The position numbers were made by a program, and so were the translations under genes. A stretch of 32,000 bases of DNA from an uncultured Chloroflexia bacterium (lineage in GTDB: Bacteria > Chloroflexota > Ktedonobacteria > Ktedonobacterales > JADMIN01): the NCBI GenBank assembly GCA_963718915.1, contig CAVRAI010000004.1, positions 120,001 to 152,000 of the forward strand, given 5' to 3'. Below are positions 10,400 to 18,425 of this stretch, piece by piece (position 1 is the first letter of the stretch; each line of letters starts with the position of its first letter). The notes under the pieces are model-generated. The model searched no databases, was not told the origin of the DNA, and saw nothing but the letters and a program-made list of their open reading frames with translations.

Positions 10400-11104
10400 A
10401 TGATGTCGCTCGAAGATATCTATCGGTCCGGGGCATACCAGGAACTGGCGCCATCGTGGCATATCGATGAATCGGCGGGCAAGGCGGAGGAGATTGTGCG
10501 CCTTCTGAGGAGCCACCAACTGTCGCCACAATCAGTCTGTGAGGTCGGTTGTGGGGCGGGCGAGGTGCTGCGGCAGTTACAGTTGGAGCTGCCGGGCGAG
10601 TGCGTGCTGACTGGCTACGACATCTCGCCACAGGCCATCGAGCTAGCGCGCCTGCGAGAGAATGCGCATCTCCACGTCTATCTCGGCGATTTCCGAACGG
10701 ACGATACCGGCTCATATGACATGCTGCTGGTGCTGGATGTGCTGGAACACCTGGAGGACTACTTCGCGTTTCTGAGAAGTCTGAAGGCCAGGGGGACGTA
10801 CAAGGTCTTCTTCTTCCCGCTCGATCTCTCAGTGCAATCGGTTATCCGTCCGCATGGGCTGCTCCACACGCGCGACGCCTATGCCCACCTGCACTACTTC
10901 ACGAAAGAGACAGCGATCCGCGCGCTCCAGGACACTGGTTATGAGGTGCTCGACGCGGTCTATACCGCCGACGCGCTCAACAACCCAACGAATCAGATTG
11001 GGCGGCGGATGTTGAAGTGGCCGCGCAAAGTGGCGTTTGCCCTCAACCACGACCTGGCGGTACACCTGCTGGGCGGCTACCGGCTGCTCGTGCTGGCGCG
11101 CTGA
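10400..11104 (+). CDS. class I SAM-dependent methyltransferase
   Basis: Motif I is VCEVGCGAGEVL, with the acidic loop GYDIS and the post-I block LLVLDVLEHL. I place the start at 10400 (MMSLEDIY) because GGAGGGG lies immediately upstream. The track ORF starts at 10364. Confidence 0.7.
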   Translation: MMSLEDIYRSGAYQELAPSWHIDESAGKAEEIVRLLRSHQLSPQSVCEVGCGAGEVLRQLQLELPGECVLTGYDISPQAIELARLRENAHLHVYLGDFRTDDTGSYDMLLVLDVLEHLEDYFAFLRSLKARGTYKVFFFPLDLSVQSVIRPHGLLHTRDAYAHLHYFTKETAIRALQDTGYEVLDAVYTADALNNPTNQIGRRMLKWPRKVAFALNHDLAVHLLGGYRLLVLAR

Positions 11105-11192
11105 GAATGACGTGGATAGCGGGCGGATATGGGATGCACGCCGGAGCCTGATGAACGTTCACGCATTACTCCGAACACCGCGCGTTGTGGCG

Positions 11193-11700
11193 GGCGGGGC
11201 AGACCGTAGCGTTCACGCTACGGCGAATTTCCTCCTCCACCCATTTGCTGGCAGGCTCCGGCGCAATGCGCGATAGAGGGCGAATAGTGAAGTGAGGCGG
11301 GCAGACCGTAGCGTGAACGCTACGGCGAATTTCCTCCACCCATTCGCTGGGGCCTTATGTCGTTTTTGAAAATAGGAGGAACCGATCTCTGGCCTACGCC
11401 AGCGGTCTGATGAGGGATGCTTGCCGGAGCATGAATGCCCCGGCGAATTTCCCCGCTCCGCCCCACCCGTCGCATGCGCCCATTCGCCGTAGCGTGAACG
11501 CTACGGCCTGCCCGGACTACTCCTTCCGCCTCGCCAACGGGTGTCGTAGTCGTTCGCGAGCCGGAGCCTGCCAGCGAATTCCCGACCCCCAACGCATCTG
11601 TTCTCTGCCCATTCGCCGTAGCGTTCACGCTACGGCCTGCTCACCCCACCGCAATGCCCGTCTCCCTCGCACATGCGAAAACGACATTACGCTATGGCAA
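11193..11700. repeat. cluster of four copies of nested-palindrome repeat family A (core hairpin CCGTAGCG-TTCA/TGAA-CGCTACGG next to GCGAATTTCC...CCCATTCGC)
   Basis: Perfect 8 bp stem hairpins lie at 11204-11223, 11306-11325, 11487-11506 and 11616-11635. Further copies lie at 19340-19359 and 26675-26694, with a truncated one near 26372-26388. Small track ORFs here (..SVHATAN..) are simply translations of the repeat. Confidence 0.85.
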
Positions 11701-11828
11701 GCAGTCCAGGCGGATTTGGCGTGAAGCCCTGCGGCTCATCCCACCCTTCTTGTGTCTTACCGCGCCTGATGCTACACTGGCAGAGCAGCCGGAGAGCATA
11801 CCGTAGCGATAGCAAGTGAGTGGACGCG

Positions 11829-12389
11829 ATGAGTGACAGTGACAGCGGCTCCTACAAAATCTTCATCTCGTATCGCCGCGACGACAGCCAGGCGACCGTT
11901 GACCACATCTATGATCGGCTGAAAGACCACTTTGGCCGTGACGCGCTCTTCATGGATGTGGACTCGATTCCGCCCGGCTATAGCTTTCCGGGGTATGTCA
12001 AAAGCGTCCTGCGCCAGTGCCGTATCGCGCTGATCGTCATTGGCCCGGCCTGGCTCTCGTTGCTCTCGAACGATGGCCCGTATAAAGGGCAGCCGCGACT
12101 CGCCGATCCCGCCGACCTGGTGCGCATCGAGGTCGAGCAGACGCTGGCGCTCGCCCCGGTGAATGATGATGGGCGGCCCACCAGCGATCTGCTGCTGATG
12201 CCGGTGCTGGTGCAGGGCGCGCGCATGCCCCATGCCGAGGAGCTACCGGCGAGCCTGCGCGAGCTGGCCGAGCGCAACGCGACCCAGATTCGCCGCAACC
12301 CTGACTTCGACAACGATATCAATCGGCTGATCGCGCACATCAACTCCTGGACCGCTACGACCCCGACGCCAGCAACTCTGAGCCAGTAG
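11829..12389 (+). CDS. TIR domain protein (intact ORF; probably the N-terminal part of a formerly fused TIR-FGE protein)
   Basis: YKIFISYRRDDS..., ALIVIGPAWL and DLVRIEVEQTLAL are typical of bacterial TIR_2-type domains. The ORF ends in a Pro/Thr linker, and the next frame continues straight into an FGE-type domain. Confidence 0.75.
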   Translation: MSDSDSGSYKIFISYRRDDSQATVDHIYDRLKDHFGRDALFMDVDSIPPGYSFPGYVKSVLRQCRIALIVIGPAWLSLLSNDGPYKGQPRLADPADLVRIEVEQTLALAPVNDDGRPTSDLLLMPVLVQGARMPHAEELPASLRELAERNATQIRRNPDFDNDINRLIAHINSWTATTPTPATLSQ

Positions 12390-13268
12390 CCACGGCGGCT
12401 ACCGCTCCTGTATCCCCTCCGCCCTCTGTGCGCACAGCGCTGCCGCCCGACCGCTTCCCACCACGGCTGGCGCAGTTGGGGTTCACCGCGCAGAAGCGCG
12501 ACGGCGTCGAGTTCATCGTGCCGCCAGTCTGTGCCGTGCCCGCGGGCGAGTTTCTGATGGGCAGCGACAAGCGCCGCGACAAGCAGGCGCGGCCAGATGA
12601 ACTGCCGCAGCATCGCGTCAACCTCGCCCGCTTACTCCATCGCCCGCTTCCCGGTGACGGTGGCCGAGTACGCCTGCTTCGTCGAGGCGGCGCAGCACGC
12701 CAGCGCAGCAATGGGCCAACCAGCTCCAGAAGCTCGATCACCCCGTCGTCTGGGTCTCTTGGGACGATGCCGTCGCCTACGCCGCCTGGCTGGCACAGGA
12801 CGACTGGACAGCCCTGGCGGCTGCCGACCGAGGCGGAATGGGAGAAGGCGGCGCGATGGGATCAGCGCGCGGGCGTTGCGCGTCTCTACCCCTGGGGCGA
12901 TACGCTTCGACCAGTCGCGCGCCAACACCTTCGAAGGCGGCAAGGGCGGCACAACCGCCATAGGTAGTTACCCCAATGGGGCCAGCCCGTATGGCGCGGA
13001 GGAGATGGCGGGCAATGTCTGGGAGTGGACACACAGCCTCTTACAAACCCTATCCCTACACTGCGAATGATGGCCGTGAAGCGGACAATTCCACTGAGAA
13101 TCGAGTAGCTGCGTGGCGGTTCGTGGTACGGCAGCTTCCAGCAGGCCGCGCGCGCGGCCTGCCGCGACGTATGGCGGGCCGGACGACATCCTCAGCTTCG
13201 GCATTGGGTTCCGTCTGGCGCTGTCTGGTTCAGCAGTAAGGATGGCTGGCGGTTGTAACTGCGCCTGA
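12390..13268 (+). pseudogene. FGE/SUMF1-type (formylglycine-generating-enzyme fold) domain broken by about 7 successive +1 frameshifts
   Basis: Recognisable blocks hop between frames in order: PAGEFLMGSD..HRVNL (f2), PAYSIARFPVTVAEYACF (f0), QQWANQLQKLDHPVVWVSWDDAVAYAAWLAQ (f1), TTGQPWRLPTEAEWEKAAR..YPWGDT (f2), FDQSRAN..NVWEWTHSL (f0), YKPYPYTANDGREADNSTENRV (f1), LRGGSWYGS (f2), PDDILSFGIGFRL (f0, stop 13266-13268). It is colinear with the 26851-28162 paralogue. Confidence 0.7.
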
Positions 13269-13424
13269 ACAGCCTCGCTAGCGATCGCCAAAAACCTGCC
13301 TGCGCAGGTCCCGTTCGTACTCGATGTCTCTGCTTGATGGTACGCGCGGAGCGCAAAATTCAGGATTAGCCGCGGCATTTAGCCTGCGGCGCTGGCAAGC
13401 CTTGCACACGGTTGCCAAGCGCTC

Positions 13425-14573
13425 TTACTCCATCCCCATCCCCAACGCGATCAGCCGGGTGGCGCGCGCCGCCGCGTCAGTGAGCAACCGCGAGGTGTGC
13501 GCCATACTCTCTTCGAGCGACATCGGACCGTTGACGATGGAGAGCGCCGCGTCTATTCCCAGCTCTGCTAGCGCCGCATCATCGGCGGTGACGCTGCCCG
13601 CCAGCGCCACCACATGCGCGCCTGCCTTGCGCGCCGCCGCGGCCACCGCGCCGACCGCCTTGCCGTACGCCGTCTGGCTATCGAGCTGGCCCTCCGCCGT
13701 GAAGACGAGCGCCGCGCCTTGGAGGATATGCGCGAAGTCGAGCGTCTCCAGCACCAGTTGCGCGCCGGGTACCAGTTGCGCGTGGGCGAATGCCAGCAGC
13801 CCGCGCCCAGCCCACCCGCCGCGCCCGCGCCCGGCACATTGGCCACATCCGCGCCGAGATCGCGCTTGAGTATCTCGCCGTAGTGCGCCAGGGCGGCGTC
13901 CAGTTCCGCCACCATCTCCGGCGTCGCGCCCTTCTGGGGACCATAGATCGCCGACGCGCCCTCTGGCCCGCAGAGTGGATTGGTGACATCGCTCGCCACC
14001 TGTACCTCAACGTCCTTCAGGCGGGGATCGAGGCCGGAGGTGTCTATACGCGCCAGATGGGCCAGCGCCGCGCCGCCAGCGGGTAGCTCGTTGCCCTGCG
14101 CATCCAGCAGCCGGACGCCAAGCGCCTGCGCCATCCCCGCGCCGCCGTCGTTGGTCGCGCTGCCGCCGATGCCGATCAGCAGCCGCTGTGCCCCTGCGTC
14201 GAGCGCCGCGCGCATCAGCTCGCCCGTGCCACGGGTCGTCGTCACGCGCGGATCGCGCTTATCCGGCGGGACGAGTGGCAGGCCAGACGCCGCCGCCATC
14301 TCGATCACCGCCGTCCCAGCGCGATGCGCCGCCAAGCATCCCATACTCAGCGTCTACCGGCTCGCCCAGCGGGCCAGTCACCGTCGCGTGACGCAGCGTG
14401 CCACCCGTCGCCGCGACCAGCGCCCGCACCGTGCCCTCGCCGCCATCGGCCACCGGCACGACGCGGATATCCGCATCCGGCCAGACACGGCGAATCCCGG
14501 CGGCGATAGCCTCGCCGACATCCGGCGCATCCAGGCTGCCCTTGAGCGATTGCGGCGCGACGACGATGTACAT
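13425..14573 (-). pseudogene. glxK: glycerate kinase interrupted by two frameshifts
   Basis: Three overlapping ORFs together give a full glycerate kinase: MYIVVAPQSLKGSL..VPVADGGEGT.. / ..TAVIEMAAASGL..LIGIGGSATNDGGAGM..PGAGAAGGLGAG / LLAFAHAQLVPGAQLVLETLDF..AEGQLDSQTAYGKA. The shifts lie at about 14317-14334 and about 13797-13803 (one base missing in a C run). Confidence 0.75.
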
Positions 14574-14595
14574 GACGCTTTCCCTATTGATCGGC

Positions 14596-14840
14596 TGCCT
14601 CTTGCTCCCCTCTCCTCGTAGGAGAGGGGCTGGGGGTGAGGTCCGCCCGCCGGGGAGAACCTCACCCGGCCTATCGGCCACCCTCCCCTAGAAGGGGAGG
14701 GACTGGGCGACCATTCCGCCAGGTGGCAACAGAGGTTCTCTGCCTCTTGCTCCCCTCTCCCAGTGGGAGAGGGGCTGGGGGTGAGGTCAGCCCGCGCAGG
14801 CGGGCTTTGCGGCCGTAGGCCCATAGGCGCGGCTTCAGCC
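14596..14840. repeat. block of GC-rich palindromic repeats (family C: CTCCCCTCTCC-n4-6-GGAGAGGGGCTGGGGGTGAGGTC; family D: CCCGCGCAGGCGGGCTTTGCGGCCGTAGGCCCATAGGCGCGGCTTCAGCC)
   Basis: Family C copies lie at 14596-14643 and 14741-14791, and again at 21591-21647. Extra hairpins lie at 14633-14666 and 14681-14701. A family D copy at 14787-14840 recurs inverted at 21518-21572 and twice at 26432-26592. Confidence 0.8.
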
Positions 14841-14852
14841 GCCAGCCGCCAC

Positions 14853-15245
14853 TCAGTTCGCGTGTGGCTCGTACTTCGGCCAGTTGCGCGCCTCCGGATC
14901 CTTCAGCACCGTCAGCGCCACGTCAAAGCCCGCGACCTGCCCGGCGTAGAGCGCGCCCTCCGCGCCGTCCTGAAGCGCCATCCACTCCGCCAGGCTCTTG
15001 GCGCGATCCCCCACCACCTGACGCCAGATGGTGAAGTCGTCGGCATCGCTCTGGTCGGCGAGATAATTGGCGACCCCCCCAAGCACCTGCGCCTGCCCCT
15101 GCCAATTGAGCGCGCCCTCCTGGGTATCGGCGTACTGCGCCTCGTGCAGCGCCCGCGCCGACCACCCGCGCAGCCGTTCGATCATCTCCTCGCGGCTCTT
15201 GCCATCGTTTCGTCCCATCGCTCTCATCGCTCTCATCGCTCTCAT
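14853..15245 (-). CDS. hypothetical protein
   Basis: 130 aa ORF. A 60 nt sample has GC at 18 of 20 third positions in this frame, against 15 of 20 for the overlapping plus-strand ORF. The true start is uncertain because the 5' end is a 9 bp tandem repeat (MRAMRAMRAM). Confidence 0.45.
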   Translation of the reverse strand: MRAMRAMRAMGRNDGKSREEMIERLRGWSARALHEAQYADTQEGALNWQGQAQVLGGVANYLADQSDADDFTIWRQVVGDRAKSLAEWMALQDGAEGALYAGQVAGFDVALTVLKDPEARNWPKYEPHAN

Positions 15246-15368
15246 CTGCTCGTATGTTCACTGCACTCTCGCCCATGTCCATTTCGCGGATGCGCCGGGA
15301 GAATAGTGTTCTGTGATAATGTGACGCAACAGTGTACCAGCCTTATCCTGTTGAAGTGAGTGGAGGTA

Positions 15369-15626
15369 TCATCTGTGGCGAAGCTGAAGGTCGTCGGACA
15401 GCGCGCGAATCTCATCGGCCTCGATGCGGCCTTCGAGTCGTTCAACGCCATCGACGGTAATCACCGGGATGCGATAGCGATAACGCTCGAAGATCACCGG
15501 GTCGCGCCGGATATCCACCTCATCGAAGGTGAAGTGGATATCGGCGGCGAGGTCTTCCAGATGCGTTCGCGCGTCGTCGCAGAGGTGACAGCCAGCCTTC
15601 GCATACAGCACGATGACAGGTTCCAC
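15369..15626 (-). CDS. glutaredoxin-like small thioredoxin-fold protein (DUF836-like)
   Basis: 85 aa. VIVLYAKAGCHLCDDA carries the CxxC motif, and RYRIPVITVDG is the typical cis-Pro region. Confidence 0.75.
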   Translation of the reverse strand: MEPVIVLYAKAGCHLCDDARTHLEDLAADIHFTFDEVDIRRDPVIFERYRYRIPVITVDGVERLEGRIEADEIRALSDDLQLRHR

Positions 15627-15790
15627 GTTCGCTTCTTTCAGGCGGCGTACCGCTCAGATTCAGGGATGGCACACTCAGGAGGATGATAGCATAGCGGCGG
15701 CCTTGCGGCAAACGCCACATATCCCGTCCGCGTCTGGTGGCCCGATTTTTGCCTGTGACCTGAGTGTACGGCGATGGAAATCTCACATCC

Positions 15791-15828
15791 ACGTCACATT
15801 TTGCGAACAAATGTGATGTGTGTGACGT
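15791..15828. promoter_or_regulatory. nested perfect inverted repeats (ACGTCACA..TGTGACGT enclosing TCACATTT-n7-AAATGTGA), candidate operator
   Basis: Seen directly in the divergent intergenic region between the glutaredoxin-like gene and the acidic protein gene. Confidence 0.35.
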
Positions 15829-15919
15829 AGTAGATAATGAAGGGTGGCAGCGAAGCCTTCCACGCGCCGACGCGATAGCGAGCACAGTGCGCGGATTGCA
15901 ATCCGCCCGGAGGTATTAT

Positions 15920-16330
15920 ATGGCACATCAGTATTTGAACGACGGCGAAGAGGAAGAGACGCGCGCCCGGCCCGCGGATGAGCCAGAGCGCCATGAAGGC
16001 TCGCACGAGGATGTCTCGGCTGAGGAGACGTCTGGCGGCGTGGATGAGCCAGTAAGCACCCATGCGGCGTCGAATCGCCAGCGCCGCGACAAGAGCGAAG
16101 ATATGCCTGAATTGCAGGCGGATGCTGAGCCAGAAGATTCAGTCGATGACACGGAAGCGGAGGACGATGACCTGCGCAAGCTCGAGGCGCAGGGCTTCAC
16201 CGAGGACGAGGTCAACCGGCTGGTTGAGCTTTCGGATCGTCTCAACGCTTCGACTCTCAAGCGATTGCAGTTCACCAGGTGGCTCGTCGAGCAGGGGCTG
16301 CTGGACGAATTCTCGGTGCGCACGGAATAA
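15920..16330 (+). CDS. hypothetical highly acidic protein with conserved-looking C-terminal helix (RLQFTRWLVEQGLLDEF)
   Basis: The ATG at 15920 is preceded by GGAGG, in frame with track ORF 15764-16330. The body is Asp/Glu-rich and probably disordered. Confidence 0.5.
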   Translation: MAHQYLNDGEEEETRARPADEPERHEGSHEDVSAEETSGGVDEPVSTHAASNRQRRDKSEDMPELQADAEPEDSVDDTEAEDDDLRKLEAQGFTEDEVNRLVELSDRLNASTLKRLQFTRWLVEQGLLDEFSVRTE

Positions 16331-16375
16331 GCGCGCCAGTACGGTCTGTCATACGTAGTTGCGGAAACCTGAAGC

Positions 16376-16421
16376 GGTGCGGGTAGCCTTGCGAAACGGG
16401 CGGCCCGCACCTGCGTTTTCT
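16376..16421 (+). terminator. candidate rho-independent terminator
   Basis: An 8 bp stem GGTGCGGG (16376-16383) / CCCGCACC (16404-16411) is followed by TGCGTTTTCTC. It lies 46 nt after the 16330 stop, between convergent genes. Confidence 0.4.
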
Positions 16422-16454
16422 CGTGTCCATTATCCCTGGAATGATTGCGCCGAT

Positions 16455-16694
16455 CTATGCGCCGACCCGCGCCAGCATCAGCCGCGCCTCGGCCCGCGCC
16501 ACCACCGACTGCGCGATACCAACCGGCTGGGTCTTGCCGACATAGCCCGAGCGCAACTTGTTCCCTTCGCGCCAGTAGGCATACCAGTACGGTCCGTGCC
16601 CAGGGCCACGCTTGCAGGTGCCACAGGTTGGTTTGCCACATTTACGATACTGAAGTTGATACGTGATATGCAGATCCGCGGGCAACTTGGCCAT
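16455..16694 (-). CDS. small Cys-rich protein, DUF6788-like (YRKCGKPTCGTCKRGPGHGPYWYAYWREG)
   Basis: 79 aa from the ATG at 16694. The CGKPxCxC...HGPYWY..WRE pattern matches my recollection of a widespread small-protein family. The family name was not checked. Confidence 0.5.
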   Translation of the reverse strand: MAKLPADLHITYQLQYRKCGKPTCGTCKRGPGHGPYWYAYWREGNKLRSGYVGKTQPVGIAQSVVARAEARLMLARVGA

Positions 16695-17174
16695 GTGTTC
16701 GCCACCTCTCCTTCCCAACTCACCGCCACCCAACAACCCACGAGACATTCACTGAGACATTCAAGAGACATCCACGCCGATGGCTTCGACGTTCTCTAGC
16801 TGTTCACAAGACGATTGGAGCCACATTGGGAGCGCTCGCATGGTACTTCTCAGCAATCGCCCAATGCAGCTACCCCAATCTGGCTACCAGACGGACGCAA
16901 TCATCGTCTCTGGCAGACCAGCGTTTCTGGCCATCTCCGTGGGGATATGAAGCACAAGACTTCTCACTGGTTAAAAACGCCTGACAGGTTCTATCGGCTG
17001 CTCGGTATAGGAAATCTGTACAGTGCGGGGGGCTGGGCGGGTCTCGCGGTCCCCTTGCGCCACATGGCGACGGCTGGGAATGTTGGCGGCGGCGCGTGTT
17101 ACAATGAGCGGGCGGGGAGCAGACGCGCACCGTGCGACATATACGGAGCAACTGATGCGGCGGGAGCAGATAGC

Positions 17175-18425
17175 ATGTCCCAGGAGTTGAAGATAGATTT
17201 CCTGACGGTATCGCGCTATGGCGAACCGCCAGTCGAAGCCTCGACCGTTCGGGCGTTCGCCGCGGCTGGCCTGGGCGCCGCCGAGTATGTGCCGCGCAAT
17301 GAACCGAGCAGCGGAGGACGTCAACGCCTAGGCGCCTATCATATCGATCCACCGGGCGTCCCGGCGCGGGCGCGTGTCAACGTCTCCCGCCATACCGCGC
17401 CAGTGACCAGCGGGATGAGCGAAACTGCGTTCAACGCCCTTACGCGCGGACTGGTCGCCGAAGATATTCAGACGCTGCGCGAGGGTACGATTGCGCTGGA
17501 TGTGCGCATCTTCGCCCAGCGCGAGCAGGCAATCGTCGCACTGGACTGGGCCACGCAGGTATTGCGTATCTTGCTCGATCTGATACAGGGCACGGCCATC
17601 GACCCGGCGGCGCAACGTAGCTATGGGCGCGCGGAGGTTGCCCACATTCGTCCGCGCGATCCGCTGGCGCACGTGGCGATGCACCGTGAGTTGTGGGACG
17701 CTGAGTCGCACTGGCTCCATACGCACGGCCTGCAAAAGTTCGGGCGGCCTGAGCTTGATCTCGCGGCGGTGCCCCACTCGCTGGAAGATGAAGGGTGGAC
17801 GCTCTTGCGCGAGGTCGCCAGTTTGCTGGCGCACGAAGGAACGCTCGTGGCAGGCCAGGAGATTGACTTTGAGGAGCAGGGGCGGGTCGTCGCCTTAGGC
17901 GCGCTTCCCGATGTGGACCATCAGGCGACGTTTGGGCGGCTGCGGCTCTGCGATGCGGCGCTGCCGGGCGAAACGGAATCCGTCGGCGCGGGGCGGCTTC
18001 TGGCGCGGATGGCGATGGCTGATGCGCAGCGACGCGCTGAGATGCGGGATATGGCGGGCGCGCTGGAGATTCTCGACCGCGTGCTGGCGGCTGATCCCGA
18101 TGACTGCACGGCGCTGACCTCGAAGGCCGCGATCTTTCTGAGTGGGGGCAATGCCGCCGAGGCGCTGAATCTGGGCGAGTTGATGGAGCTACGTGTGCCC
18201 GGCGACTATCGCGGCCCCCTCACCGTTGGGCGGGCGCTGGCGACGATGGGGCGCTACCGTGAAGCGCTGGTCGCGCTTGACCGTGCGATACTCCGCGAAC
18301 CGGAGTCGGCGGAATCGTTCGATGCGCGCGCGCGCGTCCACGAGCGGCTGGGCAACGCGCAACCCGCGGCTACCGACCACGCGCACGCCGAGTATCTACG
18401 GCGACAGGGCGCTCCGGTTGTTTGA
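17175..18425 (+). CDS. uncharacterised protein with C-terminal TPR repeats
   Basis: 416 aa from the ATG at 17175. The C-terminal 130 aa has TPR-like repeats (ALEILDRVLAADPDD.., GRYREALVALDRAILREPES..). The N-terminal domain has HTHGLQKFGRPELDL, of unknown function. The upstream in-frame extension to 16815 is lower in GC and contains the promoter-like TGTTACAAT at 17097-17105. Confidence 0.6.
   Translation: MSQELKIDFLTVSRYGEPPVEASTVRAFAAAGLGAAEYVPRNEPSSGGRQRLGAYHIDPPGVPARARVNVSRHTAPVTSGMSETAFNALTRGLVAEDIQTLREGTIALDVRIFAQREQAIVALDWATQVLRILLDLIQGTAIDPAAQRSYGRAEVAHIRPRDPLAHVAMHRELWDAESHWLHTHGLQKFGRPELDLAAVPHSLEDEGWTLLREVASLLAHEGTLVAGQEIDFEEQGRVVALGALPDVDHQATFGRLRLCDAALPGETESVGAGRLLARMAMADAQRRAEMRDMAGALEILDRVLAADPDDCTALTSKAAIFLSGGNAAEALNLGELMELRVPGDYRGPLTVGRALATMGRYREALVALDRAILREPESAESFDARARVHERLGNAQPAATDHAHAEYLRRQGAPVV

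Noticed and set aside
7153-11104. Acyl-CoA ligase plus two methyltransferases as a small biosynthetic gene cluster
   Set aside because: There is no core scaffold enzyme (PKS, NRPS, terpene or RiPP precursor), transporter or regulator nearby. The genes are separated by 180-370 nt gaps with separate signals. Co-function cannot be supported.
11193-11700. Possible CRISPR array, because a short hairpin-forming repeat recurs four times
   Set aside because: Spacing is irregular (about 100, 180 and 130 nt). The 'spacers' themselves share sequence. The flanks are part of the repeat. Copies are dispersed elsewhere in the window, and there are no cas genes.
11037-11724. Several 60-105 aa ORFs with recurring peptides such as RSVHATAN / RSVNATA
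   Set aside because: The recurring peptides are translations of the family A hairpin repeat in different frames, not paralogous proteins.
14763-15359. 198 aa plus-strand ORF overlapping the 14853-15245 minus-strand ORF
   Set aside because: In a 60 nt sample, third-position GC is higher in the minus-strand frame (18/20 versus 15/20). The plus ORF also begins inside a repeat block. I kept the minus-strand ORF, but with low confidence.
15928-16641. 237 aa minus-strand ORF spanning the acidic-protein gene and the DUF6788-like gene
   Set aside because: It is Ser/Arg-rich low-complexity sequence that overlaps two better-supported genes and a terminator-like hairpin. It is likely a shadow ORF.
16815-17174. 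Upstream 120-codon extension of the TPR protein ORF
   Set aside because: The region is lower in GC, has no motifs, and contains the promoter-like TGTTACAAT at 17097-17105. The ATG at 17175 leaves a leader of about 65 nt, like other genes here. An ATG at 16947 remains a possible alternative.
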